Shown one piece after another: positions 49,806 to 62,308 of a DNA stretch of 64,000 nucleotides. Position numbers and translations under genes: made by a program. The notes under the pieces were generated by a model. It was not told where the DNA came from, made no database searches, and saw only the letters and a program-made list of their open reading frames with translations. The stretch comes from Eledone cirrhosa (lineage: Eukaryota): positions 62,001-126,000 of the forward strand of contig CAXHJY010001189.1 of assembly GCA_964016885.1 (NCBI GenBank). The letters are read 5' to 3'. Each line of letters starts with the position of its first letter. Positions within the stretch are counted from its first letter, which is position 1.

Positions 49806-50161
49806 ATTTTTTTTTATTAATCTAAACCCATCCATGGAAGGAGGAAAAGCAAAGTTGATCTTGGCAGGGTTTGAACTTTGAATGTAAAGGGCTTTGCACC
49901 TTTATCTCCATTAAATGCTTTTAACTTGTAAAATCCTGAATCACATTATTAGCAAGACATACTTGGAAAGTACAAAACAGCAATATGATTGCATCACATT
50001 AAAAATTACGTTTGTAGTTTAGTTTACTGCAATTTTTTCCTATGGTCTGTCCATTAGTAAAGATACTATAAACATTTGAATTAACAAACCTATTTTTGGA
50101 CAATTTCTGCTAAATCATTACAGGATGTTAAGAGTTAATTGTTTTTTTTTATCTTCTTCAG

Positions 50162-50286
50162 TCATATTTAGTCCAACACAAGACAGTTTGTGTTGATGTT
50201 GATTCAAGAGGTGTGGGGTGTAAAGAGAAGATGATGACTGTTTTGTGTGAAGAACCATTTATGAAGGATACTTTGAATACATCAAG
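50162..50286 (+). CDS. RWDD3: RWDD3 exon 4 (YLVQHKTVCVDVDSRGVGCKEKMMTVL)
   Basis: VDVDSxGxxCKEKM motif; ttcag acceptor and gtaaaa donor. Confidence 0.95.
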
Positions 50287-51608
50287 GTAAAACTTTTTTT
50301 TTTTAATTTTAAATATGATGTGTATATGTTCCAGGATTGTTTTTTCATATCAATATATAAATGTCTAACCTCATCATGGGCAAACTGCAGCATGTTTAAC
50401 TTTCTGAATGGCATACTTAACAAAAAATTACATTGAAACTTTTCAGTAGTATGGCCTCCTTTATGATGAGCCATATTTTATGTGACCCATTATTCAGAAA
50501 AGGTTGCCCATGTCTGGTCTAAACCATATTAACTGTTGCTATGATAAATGTACCCAATACAATATTTAAGGTGATTGCCAATAGCAGACCTATCAACTCT
50601 CCCCATCCGACAGGGAGATCTTCCACCCACTTTGGGGTGGGTGAGTGATGTCTTCTCTTGTGAAAATGGGTATAGCTTTCATTATCTAAAATCTCCCCAT
50701 TTTACCTCATTTCTTCCCGTTTAGGCTTTTAGAAGTTGGCAGGTCTGCAATAGGAAAGGCATCTCACTGTAAAAACCATGCCCAAAACAGTTAAGAGGAC
50801 TCTCCAGTAGTGTGAATAGCACAACAACCTCTTTAGTGTTGCTGATCTACATGATAAACGCACTCGGTACATATTGTAACGTGGTTGGGCATAGGAAAGT
50901 CATCCAGCCATAGAAAGTTTGCCAAACAAAGGGTCGAAAAGACCATTTAGTTGGGTCATAGACATGACAACCTCCCTAGTGTTGGTGTTCTATGTGATAA
51001 ATGCACCTAGTACACTCTGTGAAGTGGTTGTTGATAAAAAAAAAAGGCATTCAGCAGTAAAAAACCTGCCAAAAAAGGGTTAGGAGGACTCTTTAGCTGT
51101 GTTGAAGACATGGGTATGTTTGTGCTATGATAAAATGTACTCAGTAAAGCTCAGGAACATATGTAAGCAAGATGCAGGTCCCCAGCTTATCTGAGAGGTC
51201 AATGGCTTTGCTTGACTACAGACTTGGTCTACGAAAACCCATCCAACCTTTGCTAGCAGAGAAGACGAACATTAAATGATGATAATGATAATGGCATAGA
51301 AAATAGATGTTAAACTGTGATGATGGTGATATTTCTTTGTTACTAAACTGGCATTACATTAGAGGTGGTGTCTTCACTATCAATTATTCTCTGTTTCACT
51401 GCATACTACATCTGTTTTCATATATACCCTGTTTTTCTCTCAGTTCATCCATACTTCATCTTTCGTGCATGTTAACTTGCACTAGATAATGCTCCCAATT
51501 CTTACAGTAAGCCATTCAGTCATGCAATTTGTTGGTCATAATGACAAATTTGAAGTAAACCTCCCTGAAAATCAAGGTTTCTTTCACACATTTATTTTGT
51601 CATTTCAG

Positions 51609-51726
51609 TGGCTTACAAACAACAGAATGTTCAAGCTTTGATGAAGTTAAGAATATTTTCACAAATGTTGGATCACAACACGTTTTTATAAATTATGTTT
51701 CTAAATTAAAGACTATACATCATTAA
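51609..51726 (+). CDS. RWDD3: RWDD3 exon 5, terminal (to TAA)
   Basis: tttcag acceptor; phase 2 continues GLQTTECSSFDEVKNIFTNVG...stop; assembled CDS is 298 aa. Confidence 0.85.
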
Positions 51727-51839
51727 ACATGTAATTGTTATTTTTTTTTACTTATATATTATACATGTGTATGAATTGATATATATAATGTCTATGGGAG
51801 AAACTATATTGATAGTGTGAATATCTGTGGGAGAAATCA

Positions 51840-52260
51840 GTGTTCTTGGGAAATATAGTTCTCATTAGAAGAAGGGAGGTAGGCGTAAAAGCCAAACTTG
51901 CTATCTTCAATTTGGCATTTGTGCCAACCCTTACCTATGGTCATGAATCTTGGGTAATGACCGAAAGAATACAATCACGAATACAAGTGGCCAAAATAGT
52001 TCCTCTGAAGGGTCTTTGGGGTGTGTAGTTCGGAGATCAGAGGATTACTCCAGGTAGAGCCACTATTTCCCTCAATTAAGAAATCACAGTTCCGATACTA
52101 TGGGCATGAGGTTAGAATGTCTGAGGAAAGAATTGCTGGACAGATTTTACGGGCAATCCTTTGGGTATCCAGCCAGATTAGTTGATGGTTGTTTCTGACA
52201 GGACCCGCTGGAAGGAATGTTTGAGGACTCTGTCCCCACGACCCTCTCAGGAATAAATGG
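51840..52260 (+). mobile_element. Decayed RTE (Rex3/Expander-like) 3' fragment
   Basis: KAKLAIFNLAFVPTLTYGHESWVMT; its 3' end is also seen at ~31200-31400. Confidence 0.65.
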
Positions 52261-52712
52261 GAAAAGGAGAAGATAATTGAAATTATTAATTTGCGTGCAT
52301 TTTGTTTGTAAAAATAGTTTAGAAATATTGGGATAGATGTTTCTTATATGCATTTGGTTTTTTTAAGCGATCTTACAATATGAAAAAAAAAAGCCTTTTT
52401 TTTTTGTTTTGATACTTTTTCAAGTTTCCATCGAACGTTTCAGCATCGACTATTCTAATATTCTAAACTAACTTTTGATGCCTCTCTAAATAAATTTGGA
52501 AAGCAGGTACTGTATCCCCATCATATATTAACAGTTTAGTAGCAGAGAGCAAGTACTCAGTAACACATAAGCATAGAGAAGTAGAATTAACATTGTAGCG
52601 GAATCTGAATAATGTCCCTTGTAATACTTATTAACTGTTGTTCTCGGAGAGCGGCTAAACAAGCGAAATATTTCTCTATTAATCAAAAATGGTTGGTTAA
52701 TTCAAACTAAGT

Positions 52713-52908
52713 ATGAATCCTATGCAAGTTTTACTCCACCCTGTTTTTGATCAACTTGGAGATGTTGAAGACAGCGATCTACACAAAGCAGCGCGGGATG
52801 GTAACTTGGGTCAGATGCGATCTCTTCTCACGTTTCCAAATTGTACACCACTTGATATCAATTTGAAGAACTGCATGGGACAAACCCCTCTGGCACAAGC
52901 AGCTGCTG
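52713..52908 (+). CDS. Ankyrin repeat and SOCS box protein (ASB1/ASB12-like) exon 1
   Basis: LHKAARDGNL...INLKNCMGQTPLAQAAA ankyrin repeats; G|gtatca donor, phase 1. Confidence 0.85.
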
Positions 52909-53444
52909 GTATCAAGCATTGTCACATTTCTCTCTTTCTCTTTTTTTTTTCTTTTACGAATCCTATCTCCTTTTGACAATTTTTTCACCATGAATTATTT
53001 TCATTTAACTTCCGTCGTTTCATTACACCATGATGTGTATATAATAATAATGAAATTATTGTGTACAGTGCTCAGGTGCACTACAGCGTATGTAGAAAGC
53101 TACACCTATATCTATATTTAAGTAAATAGAACAGTAAATACATCTACCTACATATATGTCAATACATATATATCTATACCTATATATACATAAATACACA
53201 TATCTATACTAACATATACAGCAACTACGTCAACAATAAATACACCAACCTATACATCTACCAATATAAGCGTCAACATAAAATAAAATGTCAATCGTAT
53301 GCACTTACACATCGCTGAGTGATGAAAGGCTAGATGTAAAGAGAAATAATTCAAGCAGAGGAAATGGTCAAATAACTAAATGCCTTATCATTTAATAACA
53401 TTAATATTTTGGACTAAAATAATATCATTATTTATAATTAATTC

Positions 53445-53585
53445 TGAGTTCAAATCCCGCCGAGGTTAACTTTGCCTTTCATCCTTACGGGGTCGATAAT
53501 ATAAAGTACCAGTCACACACTGGGGTCGATTTAATCGACTTTCCCCTCCGCCAAAATTGCTGGCCTTGTGCCTATATAAAAAACA
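53445..53585 (+). mobile_element. Young 5'-truncated SINE with 18-bp TSD
   Basis: ATTATTTATAATTAATTC at 53427-53444 and 53586-53603. Confidence 0.88.
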
Positions 53586-53769
53586 ATTATTTATAATTAA
53601 TTCGCTTTTGTTTACATTTGTTTGGTTGATAATCTGGCTTCGTTTTCTAGGGAAAAAAACTGATATAAGTGTTGGCTATTGATATAATGTTATGGGGTAT
53701 TTTGACGGAATTCCGAGCATCTGTTATGATATATTTCAACCTCCTTCATTCAGCGGTGTATGTGTGTAT

Positions 53770-54100
53770 GGAAAACAAACGTACGTCATCCATCGCAATA
53801 ACAAAACAGAGAGAAACACAAATAATGTAGAGAGGAGTAAACTTGTTTTACAAGTCAATTTATTGATGTTTGAGGGTACTGGGCAGCTAATAAGGAAGTT
53901 CTTGTCATCGTTGACCGCTGGCCTTACATAGGTATCAGATGATGCCTGTCAGGGTGCTTGGTTATTTCCATCGCCTTAGTCTCGCTATTATTCGCAGTAA
54001 TGCCCCGTGCAATTATTACAGAGGCTTCTGCACCCCTTATTGTGGTGTGTGGATCTTCTCTTCCACTTTTTACTTCGTTTCACATCGTTTTCACCATAGT
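53770..54100 (+). mobile_element. CRE-like fragment in ASB intron 1
   Basis: AGGGTGCTTGGTTATTT core shared with ~43035 and ~41740. Confidence 0.6.
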
Positions 54101-54509
54101 TTCCAAAGGAAGTTTTAATTATTTGAGAGTTCATTCAATAATTATTCTAATCGAATTCTTAGAAAGTAAATTTCAGGCCTTTATAAAGCATTAATCAACG
54201 TACACACAAACGTCTTAAAAGTACCTTACAGTAAATAATTTTAAGTCTATAAACCTATCCATGCAAAAAATAATTAAATCTGATAGTTCGATCTTTAGAC
54301 AAGCACATTAAGTACGCTTTTAAACATTGTCAAAAGGCGAAGACATTTTCGATATGGATATCATCGATTATATCGATCCCAGGAATGGGTTTATTGACAG
54401 TTGTATAAATAACATTACACATATGTTTTAAATATATACATAAATAACATTACACATGCGCAAATAACATTATAAATTGCTCGCAATTCGTTCAGAAGAA
54501 CATTACAAA

Positions 54510-54700
54510 TATAATTGTTTCTACTTTTGGCACCAGGCCAGCAATTATCCTAGTACATTACTAGTACTTTATTTTATCGACCCCCGTAAGGATGAAAGGC
54601 TAAATTAACCTCGGCGGGATTTGAACTCGGATCATAAAGGGAGGTAACTCTATGCTTCAAAGCATGGCACCCGACCCTCTACCGATACTGCCAATCCACC
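54510..54700 (-). mobile_element. Full-length young SINE
   Basis: Reverse complement of the head, core and tail seen at 63778-63945. Confidence 0.88.
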
Positions 54701-54779
54701 GAGAAATATAATGTCGTTAATAAACACACAGATGCATCCAAAGTCAACATCAGCATGATTAAAAAAAAAATAATAATAA

Positions 54780-55160
54780 AGAGAAGGAAAGTCCCATGCA
54801 CTCAACCAAGCACAACAATAAGGGGCTCTGGAGTTTTCTCTAATTATTTTCGAGGCAAGCTAATACACTCACAGCATTGACACAGGTGATAGCGACACTA
54901 AGACGTTGGAATAACCAAGCAGCATTGCAGGTATCACCTGATGCTTGGATAAGCACAATGACAAGCACTTAATTGTCAGGAACCAAGCTCGTCTCGAACG
55001 TCACAAAAAATAGTTTGCCGATAATTTCTGGTATTTTAAGAATTTTATTCCATTTGGCTGCGGATACAGTGACCTTCACTGCAGCATTTATGATGTAGGA
55101 TGGAGCAAACGTCCCAAAATGAGACATCGATGTCTTGCCCAAGGCAAAGAGTAAAACCAT
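54780..55160 (-). mobile_element. CRE-like fragment in ASB intron 1, inverted
   Basis: Homologous to 41640-41925 and 42760-43110. Confidence 0.65.
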
Positions 55161-56055
55161 GTGGTCTCTTCCCACAAACCCTTGACCACCGTTCATCTAC
55201 AAAGAGTTATAAATATACACGGCAAATTATTTCAGTATTCTACAATGTCTGCCACTTCAAAATAGATAAAAATAAAATAAAAGAAGACTTATCAATAAAT
55301 AGTAACTATGGGCTAGCATAAGGATTAGTGTCGATAACATGCTTTGCAATATTTATTCTGGCTCTTTACACTTTGAGTTCAAATCCCACTAACATTAACT
55401 TTCGAGGTCAATAAAGTACCAGTTAAATACTTGGGTCAATATATTCGACTATACCTTTCGTCAAAATTTGAGGTTCTGTGCTTAAGAAATCAATATTTAA
55501 TTTCAAGACAGCGGTTAGATATTTATATAATTTTTTTCCCACATATATGAAACATTTAGGCATGGTCTTATTTGAGGGTTCCATTAAAGTGGAAGTGAAA
55601 TTTCCTGACAAAATCTAAATCTAAAACGTAAATACAATTTTCTTTGGTTTATAATTACTGGTTTCAGTCATTAAACGGCGACCATGCTGGGGCATTACCC
55701 TTAGAGAATTTAGTTGATTAAATTGGTGTGAGTGTGTCCAAGTACTTGTGTAAGCACTGTCTGTATGCTATGTGTATATATGTATAATTTTCGTGTACGT
55801 GTTTGTTATTTATGTGTCCGTATTGTATAGTGTTAGAAAATATGTGTGTATAAGTGTGTCCGATTTGAAGTACATGTATTGAAATGGGTCCTTGGGTGTA
55901 GGTGGTTGGGTGTATGTATATGCCCACCTCTGTATGTATAATTGGGTATATGCGGTGTATCAGTCTATATGGTTGGATATATGTGGCGTATGAGTATGTA
56001 TGTGTATACCTGTGTGAACTATTTAAAGAGATGCCATTATTATTTTCCTTTGTAG

Positions 56056-56276
56056 GAGGTAATCTAGAATGTGTCCAGTTACTGTTGGAACATAACAGTC
56101 TAACATCTATCTCAGATATCAAAGCCCAAACACCCCTCTTCTTGGCACTTCGAAATCAACACATCGATGTTGCAAGATTTCTTCTTAGTTATGGTGCAAA
56201 TCCAGATGGAGATTTGGCCAATGCGACAACTCCACTTTGCCATGCCGCTTGGCATGGTAATCTAGAAGCAATAAAG
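56056..56276 (+). CDS. ASB-like exon 2 (ankyrin repeats, DIKAQTPLF)
   Basis: tttgtag acceptor and gtttgt donor; GNLECVQLLL...DIKAQTPLFLA...GANPDG resembles ASB1/ASB12. Confidence 0.92.
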
Positions 56277-57238
56277 GTTTGTAATATATTTTATCATTTA
56301 TATATCGGTACGTACATTTTTCATCTTTCTGTATCCAGTGAGTCGAAAAAAACCCAATCTGTACCGTTGTTATATTGTCTAGTATACAGGACCAGATTTA
56401 GACCTTAGGGGGCCCAGAGCAGTTTAGGTTTGGTGGGCCCCTCATATAACAACACAGACACAGACACACACACACATATATAAACTCATAAGAAGGAAGA
56501 GAGAGAAAAAAGGGCCCTGTTCAGAGAGGTGGGGGGTCTTTTTGATGAAGGGGACCCAGGGCATTCTATCTTTCCCTCATGGCTTTTTGATAGATAAAAG
56601 GCTATGGGCGCGCTACAGATAGATGTATTGTCTGTAATGCGCTGAAACATCCGTGACCCACAGTAGACAACTGATGAAGGGAAATTGTCCATCTCTTGTT
56701 TGTATCACCTTACTTTCTAACACTATATGTATATATATGTGTGCAAAAATAAACAGAAACAACACAGTATAATGAAGAAATACATTAGTTTAACGTTTGA
56801 TATAATAGGCAACAAGTCTTTATGTTTCGGATACTAGTCCTTCATAAAAATATAAAATGAAAAATAAAAGATGAAATAGAATGATAGAGAATGAAAAGAG
56901 ATAGGAATAGAAAAAAGTTTTTGGAAAAAAACGTGTAATTTCAGTCAGCCATTTATATATATTTTTAGAAGATGTAGAAATCTCAAATGCAGAAAATAAC
57001 TGTAACCACAGTCGATTGATAACAACTTAGAAAATCAGGTAAAATACTCCTATACCAGCAGCCACTGCTGGCCACTTTTTTTCCAATTATAGGGGTATTT
57101 TACCCTTTTCCTAAGCTATTATTTATAGCAACTGACTGGTTACAGTTATTTTCTATGTTTGGGATTTTTACATTTTCTATGAATTTCAATCAAATCAATA
57201 CTCTGATAGTTAATTTTCAAAACATGCACATATATATG

Positions 57239-57548
57239 GTAAAGTAATCGTGTAGGTGTCACGACAAAAAGCACCCAGTCCACACTGTAAAGTGGTCGTG
57301 TAGGTGTCATAACAAAAAGCACCCTATCCACACTGTAAAGTGGTCGTGTAGGTGTCACAACAAAAAGCACCCAGTTCATGCTGTAAATGAGGTTGGTGTT
57401 AAGAAGTGCATCCAGCTGTAGAAACCAAGCCAAAATCAGTTCTGTATGAGCAAGACATGGTCACCTGACCTAGCATTGCCCACAACAGGACGACTTGTCT
57501 AACCCATGCTAGTGTGGAAAAATGGACGTAAAATGGTGATGATGATGA
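57239..57548 (+). mobile_element. RTE 3' UTR fragment with three 48-bp repeats and a (GAT)n tail
   Basis: Matches 7600-7864. Confidence 0.85.
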
Positions 57549-57582
57549 TCGTAGAGTTTGACTGTGTTTTGTGGCTATGAAC

Positions 57583-57672
57583 GCATATCTGATGAGATGT
57601 TGGTGCAGACTCCGACCCCGGCCATTATGATCGAACCCTGAGTTGATTGATATTGAAACAATCGTCATATGC
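57583..57672 (+). ncRNA. Type I hammerhead ribozyme (Penelope-like LTR type), sense in ASB intron 2
   Basis: GCATAT-CTGATGA-stem II-GAAAC-AATC-GTC-ATATGC: perfect 6-bp stem I, conserved core, GUC cleavage triplet; the stem II base pair is G-U instead of G-C. Confidence 0.7.
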
Positions 57673-57890
57673 AGTAAAGTTCATTCATGATGCAGCCTTA
57701 ACTTCGTTCCTGCTTACTTGTGTGTATATATATATATTGAAAGTATGTCTTAGCTTAGTTTGGAACTGTAGCGTTCATAAATCCATTTCAAACTGAGGAT
57801 CTTGTGAAGTGAATATATTAACAATTCACCTATGTTGCATATAATATCTAACTCTTTTAACTGTATATTTACATTTTTTACTAATTTCAG

Positions 57891-58206
57891 TTGCTGCTTG
57901 AATTTGGTGCCGATGTAAATCTCAGAAATCAGAATGATATAAAGTTTGATTATAACAGACCTCTAAGTTTAGCTTTTGCTTATCAACACTTGGCATGTGT
58001 GAAATTATTACTGAAATCAGGAGCAGACCCTAACTTGGCTGGATATTTCTGCCATAGAGCAGTACAGAAAAAGTATTCCAGTATATATATTCATCTCTTC
58101 TACCAGTTTGGAATTAATATCTTTCGGAAGGATAAATCTAAGATGTATGCTTGGGAATTAGATAATGAACAAAATGAGTGTGTCAAACTTCTTAACATTC
58201 TCAGAG
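57891..58206 (+). CDS. ASB-like exon 3 (ankyrin repeats)
   Basis: tttcag acceptor and GTGAGT donor; LLLEFGADVN...PLSLA...CVKLLLKSGADPN. Confidence 0.92.
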
Positions 58207-58253
58207 GTGAGTCTCACTCCAAGCCTCCTCCCATCACTTCTTATTTACAAGTA

Positions 58254-58424
58254 CAGTGAAATTCCGTTATAATGAAATTCACAGGTATAAAAAAAATTTG
58301 TTATAATGAAAAATTCTTTATAACAAGATCGACCAAAACAAATCAAGCGTTTGTTTGTTATTACCTTGGGGATTGAAAGAAATTCCATTATACTGAAAAA
58401 TTTGTTATAATAGAATTTTACCTG
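58254..58424. mobile_element. pogo-like MITE
   Basis: TA-CAGTGAAATTCCGTTATAA...TTATAATAGAATTTTACCTG-TA with internal TTATAA repeats. Confidence 0.65.
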
Positions 58425-58436
58425 TACATTTCATTT

Positions 58437-58706
58437 TGACCCTTTTGATACCAAACCACCTGAAACCACCCCTGATTCTATGATACAACTTCTTTTTTTT
58501 TAAGTATTTACATTTATTTAAAAACCTTCCATTATAATTTTTTGTAAAAAAGTTTGCTAAGTTTAGTTTCACACACCAACTTAAAAATGAGAAAGTTAGT
58601 TGTATTACTAAATCCCTCCAGATTCTTGATTATTTAAAAAAAATATTTGCACATCAGAGGAAGTATGGTAACAAAATCATTAGAAACTTGGTAATAAAAG
58701 GTTTAA
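58437..58706. mobile_element. Old TTAA-type MITE family (other copies ~1317-1502, 32727-32985, 34124-34270, 37601-37830)
   Basis: Degenerate TTAACCCTTT...AAAGGGTTAA ends with a shared GGTGGTTTCAGGTGGTTTGGTATCAAAAGGG terminus. Confidence 0.6.
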
Positions 58707-59568
58707 ATATATTCCTTTAGATTATTTACATATTATGATTAAAAAGACTATAGATATTATTATCATCACTGTTTTACATTTATTTTTCATGCTGGCATGG
58801 GTTAGACACAGGCTGTCACATTCTAAGACTATGTACCTTGAAGTCTGAATGTTTTTTTTGCAGCATCATCATTGTTATAATGGTGTGTCACACGTTTGTA
58901 TATCTGTACGAACGAAGGTAAAACCCGAATATTCATCAGACGTAATTTCAAACTACCAACAAGATCACTACAATGAGACTCCATATAACACAGTCTTCAT
59001 GACAGTTCACTTCGGTTATTATTTATAGACATTACACCTAGTCCACTTTTAGTTATGTGGGGGTGCTCAGGGTTTTTCCCTACAGCAATCATCATCATCA
59101 CTGTTTAATGTCTATTTTCCATGATTGTATGTCACGTAATGGGGCTAGACTGGTCAGCTAACAATTTCCTGCTTGTATGCTCCATTTTTAACTTGGCTTC
59201 AACAGCCCTTCCAAGTGCCAACCAATTTACAGCATGCACTGGGTGAATTTTATCATGTCTTTGGCACTACCTCCTTACAGGGTGAACTGAATGCTTTTTA
59301 TTGTAGCATCAGTACTACTCTTTACAAGGTGGACTGGGTACTTTTTATTGTGGCATCAGCATACTGCCTTATAGGGTGGCCTGGGTGTTCTTTATTGGGG
59401 TAGCAGCACTATCACCTTACAGAGTGGACCACATGTTTTTTATTGTGGCACCAATACTACCACCTTACAGAGTGGACTAGGTACTTTTTATCTTAACACC
59501 AATCTATTTGTTATTAATAGGTTCGTTGTTCTTGTCTAGAATGTTGATTTAATTTTCTCTTTTACCAG

Positions 59569-59711
59569 AATCTCCCCGGCAACTGAAAGCATCTTGTAGG
59601 ATATGTATCTGGAAACATATTGGATGGCAAAGAATAAAGAAAATCAATGAGTTAATCATGTTACCAAAGTTTTTGATATCATATTTGAATTATGATGATT
59701 TGTGTGGCTGA
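59569..59711 (+). CDS. ASB-like exon 4, SOCS box (SPRQLKASCRICIW...LPKFLISYLNY, stop)
   Basis: ttaccag acceptor; BC-box PxxLxxxCRxxI and Cul5-box LPxxLxxYL; assembled CDS is 291 aa. Confidence 0.92.
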
Positions 59712-59738
59712 CCTCTTGGCAATTTCTTCCAGCTATTA

Positions 59739-60094
59739 CTCTTGGGTCTCGAGTAATCACCCCCCCCCCCCCCCCCGTCACCACTTATTAATTTTTCAGA
59801 CCCTCCCCCTTATTAAATTTTGCTAATCTATCTCTGGCAAAATTTTATTTTAAGTAGGAGCATTCTTGTGGCAATAAATTTTCTTTATACATTAGAAAAC
59901 ATTACATATGACAAAAAAAGTACATTACTAGAAATCCCATATGTTATAAAATAAATAGGATGGGTTGGGGTCTCAATATGTAAACTAAAAAACTAATTCT
60001 GTTGTTTTTTTTAATTAATGGATACAACCTAGACAAATTACTGATTTCCAACTCCACCACTTATTCCCCCTCCCTGTTATTTGGGACCCAAGAG
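59739..60094. mobile_element. TA-flanked MITE in the ASB 3' UTR
   Basis: TIRs TACTCTTGGGTCTC / GGGACCCAAGAGTA. Confidence 0.75.
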
Positions 60095-61296
60095 TATGTG
60101 TTTTGTTTTCAATTTAGGAAAAAATAATATTTAGCAAAGGTTTTAAATTATTGTTTAAGTAATAAATCTAAACAGTTTAGGTTTACATTTTTTCCTATTT
60201 TAAAACTGCTGATTCAGGATACTTAATACACAAGGAATTTGGTTTTAACCTGATAGAAATGTATATATTCTTCAAACATTACTTGTTGTATTTGTAAAAT
60301 TATAGCTGTCAGATAATATTAAAGCTATTGAAATGAACTTCATTGATAACATTGAGTAGGAAACAGAGTTTGAACTTTAAAGTATTTACAAAGAGAAGAG
60401 CGACTTGTTGCTTATGATAGTAACTAAAATAATTGAGTTGTGGATGAAACAAGGGCCGAAAAAAATGGCTGTAGAAATCCTGGTATGGCAAAACCTCATA
60501 AAACATCATAAGAATTAAATGCAAAGGTCATGATTCTATATGGTTAGATTAAAATGGGTAAGTGAAGAATTCAATCATTGAAGTTTACAAGGCCCCAATC
60601 GCAATAGCTGTCTTTGATCCTTTCTGCTGACACAATGATTGTAATTGATCAGATGACACTGTTGATTTTAATGAAGGATGACTAAATCTGATGATTTGAT
60701 TGATAAATGATTTTGCATCACTCTTTAGCCTCTCTCTCTCCCTCACGCCATGTCATTATCGTTTTTATGTTGCCTTTTCCATGCTGGCATTGGTTGGACA
60801 GAAATTTTTGAAGCAATGGTTTACAGCCAGATGCCTTTCTTGACACTAACCCTTTGAGTTGCTTCTTATGACATGCAGGAATACTACAGTATACCTATTC
60901 TAAACCAGATATGCACAATTATATATATATATGTGTGTTGCCTGTTTTAATTCATTGAGATGGTCAACACTGTTTCTTGGTACTTGAAACTGCAGTAAGG
61001 GAAAGGTTATAGTGAAGCTTTCTTGTTTTAGGTTGCTTTATTAGGAATCTACCTGTTGGTAACTTTGTATAAGTTATTCAATATGTATATATATATGTAC
61101 ATGTAGAATATGTGTTTATATATAGTAATAATAATAATAATAATAATAATGATAAATACAAAGACCAAAATTCAAAGAAGACTTGATAAGGGTTGTATAT
61201 ACGTATAAGTATATATAAACCCATAGAGTTAATATTTATTTGATGATCCTGCTTAAGGTGAAAGCAGAAATTCATTGCTTAAATTTAATCTGTACT

Positions 61297-61333
<37 letters not shown>

Positions 61334-61464
61334 GGGATTGTAACGTCCAGTTACTGTAGGTTCACCAGAGTGAGCGCTCAATGCATAGTTATATTGGTGT
61401 TGTACTAAGTAGAGTGTAATACTAATAATAATTATTATTAGTATATATATATATATGGGAGAAT

Positions 61465-61520
61465 CATCATCATCATCACCGTTTTACGTCCGTTCTTCCA
61501 CGCTAGCATGGGTTAGACGG
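61465..61520 (-). mobile_element. 56-bp RTE 3'-terminal stub
   Basis: Exact reverse complement of the 3' terminus of the 2930-7864 element; GAAT on both sides. Confidence 0.85.
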
Positions 61521-62308
61521 CGAATGTTTGTGGATATTTCAGTAACAGAGTGTCCATAACTCTATTATGAAATTCTAAAAGTGACGATTGAGATACTATT
61601 TTATTCATAAGCCCAATAATGTTTTGACAGAAGACAATCGAATTTAAAATATATCAAAACATTGGTGTGGCCATGCCTTGTGATAACTTGGAGTAATAAT
61701 CTTATTCTCAAGTAATATGGTAAATTAGTTAAATATAAAGACCACAAGATTGAGCTGTCTAAAATTGCCTTCCAACTACTTTGATTCCTGAAACTTATAA
61801 AATATATAGCTCTAAATATAACATTTACAAAATATACGAAGATATGAATGTCTACCTTCATTGCTTAAAATAGCTGACATACCAAAGAAGATTATAGCAT
61901 TACCAGCTTAACAATAAAATAGAATTTGATTTTGCTAAAGTAATTGAAGACAACTAAATTCTTCTCTGCATGGTTCAATAATGATACTCATCTTGTAAAT
62001 TATGTTTGTTTTGTTGTTCCTATCATTATTATATCTCTGAATTCAAATCCAACCAGGTTCAACTTTGCCTTTTATCCTTCATGGGTTGATAAAATAAGGT
62101 ACCAGTTAAGTTTTAGGGTTAATTTAATCTACTCAATTCACCCCTGCAACGTTTCTGGTTTTGTGCCTAAGTTAGAAGCAATTCTATTATTTAATTTGGA
62201 ACCAATAATTCAGCTGATAACTGAAGATATATGCTTGCAGTGTTAATAAAACTATACATATGTTAAAAAACTGCCAAGAAAACATTGCTGACATTTGAGA
62301 TGGCCACT

